From positions 15,770,534 to 15,834,533 of the forward strand of contig CM120644.1 in assembly GCA_051362555.1 (NCBI GenBank): 64,000 nt of DNA. The letters are read 5' to 3'. Source of the DNA: Lingula anatina. Taxonomy: Eukaryota; Animalia; Brachiopoda. The notes below the pieces were generated by a model. The model was not told the DNA's origin. It worked only from the letters and a program-made list of their open reading frames with translations, and did no database searches. Positions within the stretch are counted from its first letter, which is position 1; each line of letters starts with the position of its first letter. The position numbers and the translations under genes were made by a program. Below are positions 22,801 through 35,719 of this stretch, piece after piece.

Positions 22801-23145
22801 GTTACAGGTAGTGCGCTATTGGGTATTGCCTCCTCTGAATATAAAGTATTAAGACAACTACGAAATGTAAACAAACTGTACATCTTTAGAACTTTTTAAT
22901 AAAAAAACTCCACGTGTGCCATTGCTTATCCAATATGGCGGATCTACTTGACGACGATGTGGCGTCCGCGAGAATGCACGAGAAATCACGCTATTCGCTA
23001 AACACGGGTTAGGTACAATGGGGATTAAAATTAAGCCCGGCTATCAAAACAACTTAAGGGGAACAATAGAGCAATGTTTACCCGTACGAACGTCTGGTCA
23101 AAGGGAAAATGCCGCTGTCCAATCTTTCTGTTTATTAGATCTTAG
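19830..23145. mobile_element. About 3.3-kb non-autonomous TIR DNA transposon with a 7-8 bp TSD
   Basis: Termini CTAAGATCTAATA and TATTAGATCTTAG; shared subterminal inverted blocks AAAGATTGGACA and AGACGTTCGTACGG; GGTTGGAA at both 19822-19829 and 23145-23152. Confidence 0.8.
20323..20900 (+). repeat. About 188-bp tandem repeat, 3 copies, inside the TIR element
   Basis: (A/G)CAA(G/A)ATGGCGG recurs at 20323, 20511, 20699 and 20886, and the intervening sequence aligns. Confidence 0.9.
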
Positions 23146-23294
23146 GTTGGAATGAATAAAGAGAGACCTGACAAGAGAATGCGATAGTGGTTCTGGTCAC
23201 GTGACAGGCATCAATAGCGACACTTTTACATATTGACTCAGAATGGGACCTTTGAATTAACTTCCGAGCTATACATTCCCGAGAGAAAAATGGC

Positions 23295-23296
<2 letters not shown>

Positions 23297-23372
<76 letters not shown>
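23297..23372. repeat. (TA)n microsatellite
   Basis: Pure AT dinucleotide run. Confidence 0.95.
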
Positions 23373-23374
<2 letters not shown>

Positions 23375-23557
23375 TTTGAGTTAGTAAATAGATATCAAAA
23401 TAAAAGATATCTATCCAAAGGCTGAAATCCTCTTCTGATTTCAAATTAATACAATGATGAGATGTGATACGCCCAAACGCCGTTTCCTAGTTTTAGAATT
23501 GGGAGTTACCCCTGCATGATGTAGAATATAAAAAATTACGACACTCTGATACTCACC

Positions 23558-23558
23558 C

Positions 23559-23593
<35 letters not shown>

Positions 23594-23767
23594 TATAGAT
23601 AGGATTGAGGGAGGAAAGGAGGGAGGAATGAATGTTGGGACGGACTGACGGACAGACCCGTTGGCGGAGACACAAAAAGGCAAACAAACAGACAGACAGA
23701 CAGACAGACAAATAAATGAATGAATAAATAAATAAATACGGATGGACAAACAGGGAGATAAAATGGC

Positions 23768-23802
<35 letters not shown>

Positions 23803-23842
23803 TAAACAAATAAATAAATAAATAAATACATAAATAAATAAA
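23558..23842. repeat. Compound tetranucleotide microsatellite (GATA/GACA/AAAT)
   Basis: Read directly from the sequence. Confidence 0.9.
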
Positions 23843-24744
23843 AGTCACCTTTTATTTCATGAAAGTGTCTTACTCTAACTCGCATGGTATTGTACATACA
23901 TACATTGTAGATTCAGTATTTCCTGTGACTTAAACTGATGCCACAGCAGTTTTGATTCGAGCGCCTGCAAAACGATTTTTAAATCGATGTTTCAGTCAGG
24001 AAAATGATACATAAGAGAAAAGACCAGTAATAAACACATTTTTTTCTTTACATTCACTCATGAGGAATGGCATCCATCCCAATTAGCGTGTAAATCTTAT
24101 AAGCCTTCCTGTCCCTGAGGCAAGGTGCTTCAAAGAAACATAATATAATATTTACTGGCAAGAACACGTCAAAACGCCATCAACTGACAGTTATAAAATC
24201 ATAGTATTGTAAAATTGGATCATCTGCGCTAGCAGCCATTCGATTACAAAGAATTTCTCCCGGCCCAAAAATGATATAATTTAATAAAGACATATACGTA
24301 TTGGAAGCCATAATAACCATGAAGACGGAAATAAGATTACGGTTCCTAAGATAAAACTGCTGAAAGGTATCCTGCACATTATTGAAAATGCTTTAAAGTT
24401 TTTTTCTTTTTTATCGATTTTTTAAAGTTTTTAAAAAGTTTTTTCTTTTTTTATCCTACAAGGCGTCTAACATTCCACAATTCAAGTCTAAATTCAATTC
24501 AAGTCTAAAAAACGACAAAACTCTGCATGTCAAAAGCCGTCTGAAACGTCCCTCCTGAACCTTAGCACTGAGCAAGGTTCAAGCCCCTCGACGACACTAG
24601 AGGAATAAAATCGCCTATATTATACACGATATACTTGTAGGTATACCCTCTACAAGGGTCTCCTGTGGGTGATATAAAATTGCATGCCTTATATTCAATT
24701 GAGTAACAGCTGGAGAAGACCTCTAGAAGAGGGTTGTATATAGG

Positions 24745-24947
24745 GCGCATTCGGAACAAGTTGATCCGCGGATTAAGAAACTCTCTGATGAAATGTGGCC
24801 GATCAATTTGAAAGCTAGTCCCATAATCCCCTTTTAAACACTGAATAGATTCCCGGCGGGTTCACGAAGTTAGCTTTCAAGTGGGTTGGCCATATTTGAT
24901 CCTCGGATCTATTAGTCCGCAAATCAACTTTGGTTGTGAATGCGACC
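24745..24947. mobile_element. MITE related to the outer part of 13448-13888
   Basis: GCGCATTC...GAATGCG ends and shared internal AACACTGAATAGATTC and TGGCCATATTTGATC blocks. Confidence 0.65.
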
Positions 24948-26774
24948 ATTCCAGAACAAAGCCACGAACAAAAACCAATGGACATTTTCTTGTTATGAAG
25001 TGAGATCGAAGTCTTTATTCTCCGATCATGATGAATGGGCGGGATTGTGTCTAGTTTTGGTACGCATAATGATTGGCAGGAGAAAATTGCTTCAATCTCG
25101 TTGAAAATTCGTCTTGCTGCCAAAATCCCGTCGAGGATTCTTTCGAAGATTTACTTAGTATATTTTGAATTAATTTTGCATTAACTCGGCGACCTGCTGC
25201 TTTTATAGGGCCAGGTTGATTTAAAGGTTGGATGACTTTCGCCCAAAGCGGGACGCCGTAGGCTTCAGCTAAAAGCCCTGGTCGTACATTGGTGTATCAT
25301 TGAATAACTCATTAAATCTTAAACAGGAAGATGTTAAAGAAAATGAAAAGTCATAATTTGTGATTCATTACACGTAACAGTTGTCATCCTATTTCTTCTT
25401 TAAAAGTGGCTGTTTTTCTCGTAAAACACAGCATTTGAAAAAAAAAAACATATTGATACACAGCGTTTCTGAGAAAAAATGATTATTTGTCTGTAGAAGA
25501 AAAGATGAAGAAGAGTTCCCTTATTGCCCAATTAACTGAAAAAATGTGGTTGTACCGCACTTAAAACGAGAGATTCTCTATTTTTTCATTTTTACTCTAA
25601 TCCCAACGTTAAATCACCAACTACCCAGCTGCTGCTGGTTTATTCCTTGTAAAAATTTTTATGACTGACAAAATGATTTACGAACATGACTAACATAGCA
25701 GGGCCGGGGTGTTATCGAACGTGTAAAAAACATATGATGTGTGTAACAGAACTGCAGTACCATGTATAAGCTACGTAACAGGCTGGGACTCTGTGTCCCA
25801 CGTGATATAACAGGAGGGTTCCATGGGGGGGGGGGGGGGGGCTAGTGATCGCAGGTAACGGAAAATACTATCACCAATTCACAGGCTGCAGTAAATACAA
25901 CTGACAATATTCGTCAGAATAAAGTAGGACAGCAAAGGCAGCAGAGCATGTCAGACCTTGCGTCCACGTCATTCCTCAAAGCACACGGGTGACTCCCTTT
26001 TTTCGCATGTGTTTTCTTAATTGATCGTATGATGTACGTATTTTCCCAAGATCACTCTGAATGGTTTCAAGGTCGAGAATCGTATAAACGAGTAAGGATC
26101 ACTGACTGTTTTTATATATTAGGCAAACACGGACTGTTTGGGCAATGACTGCAAACTACATGGGCTTGTTATGTTCAAAGGCCATGTCGAAGATAGATTT
26201 TAAATTAACCCTTTTTTTACCCTCAAAAATAGGGTTTTATAAATAAATAAAGAAAGAAAGTAAGAATGAAATACATTTGCTTGCATTTTTATGACAGTTG
26301 AAGACATTTCGAAACAGTTGCCTAGAAGCGCTTCTCTCCTTTTGTCTTTTGTAGCTTTTTGCTTTTTTTGTGTTTTTTTTTTATCTCATTTGTTTGAAAT
26401 TGTAATATAACAAAGCATTTGAGAAACATTACTTTACCCACAGGATAACCATGCAGAGGAACACACCGTCGTCCAATGTGTAGTATTAACCACAAAATAT
26501 TCACTTATACGTAAATGTAATAAAATGTCATATATATGCTGCCAAGAGCATGGAAAGACCTACTAACTCCCCCTCCCCCCCCCCCCCACACCCACACACA
26601 CCCACACACACGACCACCACCACCACGTCTCGCCTCACCCTGTGGTACATGTAGCATAAACTGACAAATTAAAAAAAAAACATTGATGCTTAATAACATG
26701 CTGTAATTAATTGTTTGTATGAGTTGGATTTTTTTTATTTCTCAAGATGAGAAAAACGCAGGTTTCTGTCTTAA

Positions 26775-26831
<57 letters not shown>

Positions 26832-27144
26832 CGCCACCATTTAAATTATTTTCATCATCATCATCATCATCATCAAAAGTGTTGTTGTTGTATGCTGTTG
26901 TTTTTGGTGTGGAATCCACAACCATGGGCATAGAACCTACACTGTACAAGTACCAGTACTAGTGCCAGTGCACTATCCTACGCGGACTTATAAGGTAGCC
27001 TACTCTAATTCATAAGTGTTATGAAAGTACACCGCAACAAGAGTGCTAAGTAAATCTTAGCTCATGCATCCCTCTGATTAACAGCTTCTTTTGAAATTCT
27101 CCTCGGACTAGTCTCCGTTAATCGTAACGCCTATGCCATTTTCA

Positions 27145-27192
<48 letters not shown>

Positions 27193-27316
27193 AAAAAAAA
27201 AAGCAAATAAATCAAAATAAATAAATAAACAAATAAAAATTAAATAAATTAAATTAAATAGTAAAGGAAATTTGGACCAACAGTTGATGTAAATTTTTAG
27301 ACCACATTCTGAGACC

Positions 27317-28668
27317 GCCAGTGTGACGGGAATGGTGGTCCTTTAGAAACCGTAGTCCGTTCCCCATTACTTTACTAGCTGACACTCGTCCCCAGTACTC
27401 CGACTAACCCAAGACTGCACTATAATCATATGGGACCCTGGCCCCCGTTTCACAAAAAAAAAAAAAAAAAGAAAAAAAAAAAAACTTAAGTTGGTTTCCC
27501 TAACTAAGAGCTTGGTTACCAACGTAATAAAGTCCTTACGTCACTTAGTCCCGTTTCACAAAGAATCTAAAAGGTCGCTTACGTCGCTTTTTTTTTTTTT
27601 TTTTTCATAGCTGCTAGTCAACGATGTCTAGCCTCCACAGGAGGAGACTTAAGTCAGCAAGCTCAACTAAAAGTCGGTAAATTACAGCATAAACAACAAA
27701 AATTTTGATAGAACATACCTCCTTCAAGGTATAGTGTTATAATATTCTTGAATAGCACTGACATTTATTGCATATTTAAATAAAAAGTAAAATGCAACTT
27801 CACCCAGCCGATCGCGGGTTTATTAATGTTTTTGACCGCTAGATGTTCTACAGCAGTGTTCCAAGACAAGCTAATGTTTTACTGTTGCTTTGAAGTTGCA
27901 TTGAAGTTTAACTAATCAATAAAGTTCAAAAACAAACTTGATTTATGTTTTGACTGATCTTTATTGCTGATAAACGATCGTTCTCGGCCGACAGAGGCCA
28001 TGAAACGTCATGTCTTGTGAAACTTTACAAATTTTACACCTCCTTTTCTTGAAGAGTTTCTAGTGCGCGTCGACGACGGTAAGTACGCCAAGCTAAGACG
28101 TTAGATTATTTGTGAAACACTCCTAGGGGTGCTTTCCCAGAGATTTAGATCGATCTAGAGATTAAGATTTAGATCGACCTAACTCCCTGGGGGTTCACGC
28201 TAAATTGCAGTCAGCCGAGCGGGCACCATAGTTAATAACCCCTTACAGCTTTTAGTAGGCGGGACAGACGCTTAAGCCGGCCAAGCTGACAGTAATCTAG
28301 TGAGACTCCCCACAGGGATAGATCGTTCTAAAAATCTATGGAAATGGGGTGTTAGTCGACTGCAGCGTAGTCGACCTAGCTAGGTCACTCAGCTCGAGCT
28401 AATCATTACGAATTAAAGATTCTTTGTGAAACAGCTAGGGGCCTGGACTTCCATCCCTACGACTACCATTCCCGCCACACCGGTGTAACAGGAATGGAAG
28501 TCCGCTAGGAATCGTAGTCCGCTTTCCCTTAGGCTACAATGTAGGCCTACAGGTTACTTTCGTCCCATGTAGGCTTACTAAACCCAACACTCCGACTAAC
28601 CCTAACCTGCACTAATCATATGGGAGCCGGACTTCCATTCCTCGGACTAATATTCCGGTCACACCGGC
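27317..28668. mobile_element. Nested MITE complex: two tandem ~190-bp MITEs, the first interrupted by a ~1-kb element (27441-28442) that itself holds a 215-bp-family MITE (about 28127-28351)
   Basis: Host TIRs GTGTGACGGGAATGGT / ACCATTCCCGCCACAC. Insert ends CCCCCGTTTCACAAA / TTTGTGAAAC...GGGGC with CTG duplicated. The empty site is seen in the second host copy (about 28621-28637). Confidence 0.75.
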
Positions 28669-29106
28669 ACTTTGGGGTCCTAAATCACTGGAACTCGACT
28701 CGATTTATAACAAGTCAGAAGTGGTTAATATTTTAACCTAATGTCCGCTTAATCATTGTAACCTGCTACAAATTAACCCCGAATTAAAGTAGCCTCCATA
28801 ATTCTATCTTAAAGAAACGACTTTCTGTCTGGTCCATTTGGGAAACTGGTCCCTGTTTTTAACCTTGTCTCCTGCAATTTGTGTTCTACCCCAAACAGCC
28901 TTTTCGGTTATGTCAAGAACATTTTTTCTCGTCTGCCTGTCTCTTTTCGGTATTTCTCTCAATCATTCTGTTTCGATTGTTTGACTGTTTGCCGTTCTGT
29001 CTGTCTCCCAGTGAATCTGAGTGGCTGTCTGTCTGACATTGTGCCTGTTCGTATACCTGTCTGGCTGTCCGTATGCTAGATTAGGAATCCATTGCCTTAC
29101 CCTCAG

Positions 29107-29148
<42 letters not shown>

Positions 29149-32100
29149 ATAAATTTCCCATATCACCAGCATTCATAACTATATTCAATTTATAAATTAC
29201 CAGAATGCTAGCTTTGTTCGACCGCATAGTGTGGCCGCCGATTTTTTTTTTTTTTTTTTTTTTTGCTTCATTTCAAATGAAAAGCCCATTATATCTAAGT
29301 GTCTGCCTGCTAGTCTAATTCTAGTCATCATTTATATTTGTGTCCGCTCATCCGTTCGCTATCTTTCAGTCGATCCACACGCATCAATACAATTAACGCG
29401 TGATAAATTGCAGTCCTCCCAGTACATGAACCACATTTTGGTTGTGTTTTGTGAGCTTGCACCACGAAACCGATGTTATTATTACCGTACTCCTGTTACA
29501 CTGCAGACTTTCATTTATTTATTTCCCCGTGCTACGAGAAAACGTACGTGTAGATTTGTGTTAACATGCTGTGAACATTCATCACGCTTCGTCTCAGACT
29601 ACTCTTCGCCCACAGAAGTGTGCCACTGGAACCTTACTTGATTTTGACATAACTTGGTAATTTAATTTTTTTTAATTTATTTTTTTTTTACTTTGACAAG
29701 TTGGGTTGTTTCATGAAATGCATTAAATGTGTAGCCTACCTTGTAATCATCACTATTGTAGCAGTAGATAAATACCGTAATTTTTATTGTGTCACCTTCG
29801 TTTTATCTGGTCATACTGGTTTTTATTCCTACTGCATGCAATAAATATTTTTTCCTTAATAAACTCAATAGCTTACTTTGTTATAAGTGTTTCACTCGCA
29901 GCGGACGAATTTGAGAGGCATTCTGTTTTTAAGAAGGGCTAATTTTGGCAGGAAAAGATCCATAAAACAGATTTTCTTGTGGTACACGACGATTTTCCCA
30001 TTCTTACCAATGTGTGATTGAATACGTTCAGGCATTCAAAGACGGTCGATTGTTTTTTAAGTGTGTATGTGTGTGTGTTTTTTTTTTTCAAAAATCTCTG
30101 ATGTAATGGTTAGATCTATCTATGGTAAAAAACCCATTTTCCCCAGTCTTCTATCAATCACAAAGGCATTTTGCTTGAAACCAAGTCTCTGTTGTCCCAC
30201 GCTGTCTATTCACATAACAGTTATATAGTGTGATTTGAAGACACAGCTAAATTATAAGAGCCCAGACACCGGTGTATATTTCAAAATTAACAATCCTCAG
30301 AAATCTTTTAGCGTCATATCTGGTAGAGTTATACCCGCGAGTTGCTTTATGTAAAAATGTACACACTCAGTCTGTATAGAATATGTTTTTTTTTTCAATA
30401 ATCTCTGATGTAATGGTTAGACCTTTCTATGGTAAAAAAAAAAACATTTTCAAGGTTTTCACAGTCTTGTCTCAATCACAAAGGCATACAATGTACAATA
30501 GCCATATTGGTGAGCTTGAATTTGTTCATGCCAAGGTCTTATAATTACGCGCATTGCTAGTCTTCAAGATGTGGAAGACTACATACATGTATTAGTCTAC
30601 ATAAAGACACGTTGAGTTTGAAGTTTGAAGTTTGAAGGTAAGGATATTATGTATGCGCACATATTTTCTGTGGCGATATAGCGACGAAATATGCGATGCT
30701 GCGTACATGTACTAGTAGAAGGCCAGTGAGATATAATAGGCCTTTGTAGAATCATAAATTTCGAGTGTGCTGTTGGTGGATATAAAAAGCCCCCCCCCTT
30801 TTGATCACTGTTTGTAGCGAGTCTAAATATAATAATACAATTGAAGATAATAGTTTGGTCGAAAAATATGCTGGTACCGGTAGAAAAAAAAAAAAAAAAA
30901 CTCAAAAGCTGCGACCAGTCTTTATCGGTGTCGTTGTGATCCAAAATGTCACTTAGACCTAGCTGTGGCGCATTAAAATGACATGGTATAATGTTAGATC
31001 ATGTTACTATAAAGCGTTGTTGAAACAAAGGCAATTTTTAAAAATGTGTGCAGGCAATAAAGATAATTACTGCACTCATTCACGAAAGATGAAAAAGGGA
31101 AAATTGTCCGTAAAGAAGACAACATGTGAAAATAGATCAATCGACGGCTAAAAAAACGACAGCTACCTTTGATCTAACGCCGAAAGCGATTTTTAATACA
31201 AAGCTGATGTCTTTGTGATGAAATTGTTGGACCTCTTTACACTAGCTTTATGGTTGGAGCACTGAACGTCCACAATTGCGCAAATTTACGCGAATTGCAA
31301 TCAAGTGGAATTCTTCACAACACTACTGTTATATTTCATAATAAAACCTTTTTCGGTCGGCATCCCGGAATTGGACGCCGGGCAGGAAGTTATTCTGCAC
31401 GGATAAGACGTAAATGCAATTTCAAAATCAAAAGACTTCGGACCAAATCTACATCGATCTACCAGCGTCTGGGTGTGACTTACGTCATCGAGTTTTGTCA
31501 CAGCAGGCCGTATTTTCATTACATGATCCATTTACATTCATTATAGAAGATACGCAAGTTAACGCGGCTGTAGATTATGCCGAACTGTAAAATCATCGTC
31601 TAGAAAGGACAGATTTCCGCGTCCTTACGTGTACGAACTGTAGGCACACATTGACTGTTGCGGACATCTGTCTTGATGACTTTTCAAAGGCCACGCTGAC
31701 TGTTCGTCATCCGGGTAAGAATCACAGTGGTAAGTGTTTCGATGTTATACTTATGCAAGCCTTAATACGAGAGCTTGTACAATGATTTAACAGTCCGTCG
31801 CACGAGAGGGAATATATTTCAATCGACGATTATACGGGAAGCATATGTTAAATTGCCCCCAGATCTCTCTATACGACCTAAGCCGGTGGAGATGGTAGAC
31901 TTAATTGGAAGAGATTACTGATCGACGGGCCCGTATTAAATTTATTTATTTCTCTCTTTGTCTCTCAACTCTCTCTCTCTCTTTCTCTCTCTCTCTTCAT
32001 TCGATGATGAAGATGACGATTACGATGTGTTTATTCGTAGTAGTTATAGGCCTCTGACCTAAAATACATGACAATCTGTACATATACAGAAGACCTATAC

Positions 32101-35100
32101 AATCAAGGTTTTATGTGTACATAAGGAAATCAATTATGAATACACCATACAATTATGTAATTTACCTATCCGGACTGTTAACATTCTTATCTACAATATC
32201 ACTTCAAATATTTATTTGGAAAACGGGTTGTCCATTCAGTTCTAAAGTATTTCAATCTAAATTCGTCGTACAAGGGACACAAAAGTAAAAAATGCATTTC
32301 GTATTCTACAGCGTGAATGCCTAGTTAGAGACTATCTATTTATCAAACACAGCCTCTCCCTAGTTCGCTCTTCATTCCCTCTCCCTTCAATTCCCTTAAC
32401 ATTGAACTTAAAAGTAAAACATATGTTTCCGTTGCATGGAACATTTTTTTTTAATGTAATGAAGTAGCTATCTTATGCATAAATCTGTTCAAGCCATGTT
32501 TATGAAGTTTGGTACACTGTACAATAACACATTTTACTTTCATGTTCAGGCCTCTTACGGTAATTGTCGTATAATACCACGGGCCATAAATTTGAGAGCA
32601 AAGCCCAAATTAACCACTCGAGCCACGAATTATGTATCCAACAGTAAAATTAGTGGACACGAACACGTAGCGCCAGAGCGGTTCGTGTGTCGTAACGCTG
32701 TGACCCTGGCTACAAATTTTACGTGGGGTGGGGGTGGGGGGTGGGGGTCTTCGCTCGTGGCTCCAGTCGTTAATTTGGGCATCCGTGCCTACAAATATGA
32801 AGCTCGAGGTTGCAAACACCTAACCCGTTTAAAAGGCCAGGTGTAAATTAGTTGCTGTATTTCTGCGGGTACAGCTCTCCACTGTGCCCGCACATTTAGT
32901 ATGAAAACCAGGTGACGTATAAAGTAGCAAGATCAAAAGGTTTTCACTCAACGTTGTTGAACGATGACTTTGATTCCGATCACTGTGATGTTCAACAGGC
33001 TGGAAAATGCTGGTTACACCTGCGAAGTAGATGGATAGGTGCCTCGATTAGCTTATCTTTCATAAGACCATTTTTTCTGCCTATCTGTTCCTTGGAAAAG
33101 TGGTGTAAGTAAAATAACATTTTAGAGAGATGTGTGGACGTAATAAATACAATAAATAGTCTATCATTTTCGAAGATAGTGATATTTGCAGGCATTTTCC
33201 AGGCATCGAGCACTGGAGGAGCTTGAAAACTGCCCATTTTACCGCACAAATAAACTTAAAATCTCCCACGTAATGTTTCCTGACATCCGGTTTTCGCATG
33301 TTTTCTATTGTGTCAACTTACGTCACCCTGTGTCAAAGATCTCGTTTTAGACTATCTTCGAAGATTCTCTTTCAAAATCTTGTTACATTGAAAATGTCAA
33401 GCCAATTATTCCAAGTCAGTTTGACGTTTTTTTCCTTCTTTTAATCACCGTGTCGTCCCGCAAACAGGACACAGACTTCTTTTAAATATCACGTTTTTAA
33501 CAAAAGACGCATGCAATCTGGATCTAACAAAATACGTCCGTTTTGATAAGAAAACAAGAAAGTGCTTGATTACGATCTCCCAAAATTCCAATCATTTGTA
33601 TATCACCCTTGGGTAAAGCTGCCAGATTACTGAGGCTCTGGTAGATTAACGAGACTACCTGAAAAGCTTCGTTTTTAATTCCTGAAATTAAGAAGGGACC
33701 GTTTATGTCAGGTTCAATTTTGAAATTATAACACTTCAGGAGTCGGGGTACTATTAGAAATGAAACTCGCTGCCAAGAAAAAACGTCCCCCTTGCAATTT
33801 CATTTTCACTGATAAAGCCCACTTCCAGATTTAAGAATTTGTTGAAAGTATTGTCGGTTGAGTATGATTGCTTTGAAATGATTGAAGTCTCTTCTTGGAA
33901 AATATAGAGCACAGGGATTCATTATCAGTCGTCATATTTCGTTAAACTTGGTATACTTGATTGTGAAAAAAGGCATGATGTTGAATAAATGCTGTCTGTA
34001 TTAGAACCTAGGGAGAAGTAATGTGAGTGGATTTAATTTTCAAATCATGACATCGAATAAAAAACGCCCATTTGCTGTCGCTCGTTTAGCGAAGGAACCA
34101 ATTTAGCTGCGTTCACACAGGATCAGTGGAACATTTTAGAAGCGTTCTGGTTATAACACTATTATTCATCAATTACTTAAGATATTACGCACGGTAAGGG
34201 GGAGGGGGGGTGGGTGGAAATACATCTCTGTCGTTCATGGTTAGGCCGTGTTGCGGTGGCTGACCTAGGATTTCGCTAGCGGGGGATGGGGGGGGGGGGC
34301 AGGAGGGGCAAGGATTAAAAATTGTATTGATTCTATAGTCGAATATTTTACATCAGACAAGGGCAATTTTTTACTGTAATACTAAGGTCACTGTGAGAGA
34401 TAATTTATTATTATTATTTATTGTCTCTATTATTTGTTATACTTTATTGGGGAGTTGGGGGTGTATGGGTGATTCCGAAGATAAGCAGGGTGTGTGGTTC
34501 TCTGGATCAGCCAGTGGCGTGCAGTCGGCATTACATCCCCCTTGATTGCAATTCACCACAACCCGATGACATAAACATTGTAAGATCTCAATCAGGTAAA
34601 CGGGTTGCGTGCGTGAACTCGCCGACAGTGATGGTCGCTTTGCGTGCGTGGGTTCTTATTTCCTGGCTCGCTGATTGAGACGCTTCCCAAGTTCTCGACA
34701 TGACTTTAACGTTATCTTGTTATTAAAAAGATCTGCAATTTCTTGAAAAAAAAAAGCTGGCAGTTGAATTTCATTTGTGATGGGATAATCTTGGGTTTGA
34801 CTGACTACAAAAGGGTATTACAGAAGATTGGTCTCTTTAAGCACATGCATCTTTTTCTCATTATACAGCAAATTGACGATAGCGACACGATGTGAGCTCT
34901 CAGAAAAAAAGTTTTTTTGAGCTTACAACAAGAGTAAAAAGAATTTCATGTCAACAAAGTGTCATTCTCAGTTGCGACAGCAGTTTTGTGTCTGATTCAT
35001 TGTGAAGTCGACGTTGCTCAAGAAATCATCCCATTTTTTCTGGCACCCGCGTCTTCTGGTGCCAAGGGTAATGTTGTAATCACGGTATCAGAGACATTCA

Positions 35101-35545
35101 ACAATTCACATGCAATATAGGTATCTTCACGTAATGCCTTTAATTGTAGTCCGTAAACATGCGACCATACACCATTGGTCCTTTTATTGGACGGAATTGT
35201 GGAAGGTTTTAGCACTGACAGGACAATAATTGCTAGACTTTATCCTGTGCCACTGCCAGTACCATTACGTAACCTACTGGCTGATGCTTTATCTGAAACA
35301 GTAGCGGAGACAGCAACTTTGGAGCGTTTGGAAAACGTTTCCAGGGCGCTAGTCTACGCTTCAAATAAAACTAAGAGGGGCAAGTTACATGATTATCAGC
35401 ACTGGGGTTAGAGCCTCAGATCAGAGCATTTTTTTATTTAATATTTTTACTTCAGCTGTATTTTTCGTGTATCTACATTTGTATTATACCTCGTTAAACA
35501 AGAGTAACATAAAATCATAATTGAGAAATAAACTTCACAGCGTAA

Positions 35546-35719
35546 CGCTCCATTCAGAATAGGGGACTAACTAGACCGAGAGTCAAATATGGCGACCCAC
35601 TACAAATCCTGCCGTCTAGTCCGCTAAAAGACACTGAATAGATATCCCGTGGGGAAGTATTCAAGTGGGTCGGCCATATTTGACCATCGGACTAGTTAGT
35701 CCCCTATTCTGAATGGCGC
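35546..35719. mobile_element. Palindromic MITE
   Basis: Perfect arms CCATTCAGAATAGGGGACTAACTAG / CTAGTTAGTCCCCTATTCTGAATGG; the interior resembles the 13448 and 24745 elements. Confidence 0.8.

Noticed and set aside
23238-23897. ORFs of 68-135 aa with YI and LSIY/CLSV repeats
   Set aside because: They are translations of microsatellites; the same applies to the poly-Y, poly-N/L, HT and CV ORFs elsewhere.
30080-30487. About 90-bp direct repeat pair as possible LTRs
   Set aside because: No TG...CA ends, primer-binding site or TSD; it looks like a local duplication.
35018-35411. Coding-looking stretch with ORFs on both strands
   Set aside because: No recognisable domain or convincing splice pair; cannot be supported as an exon.
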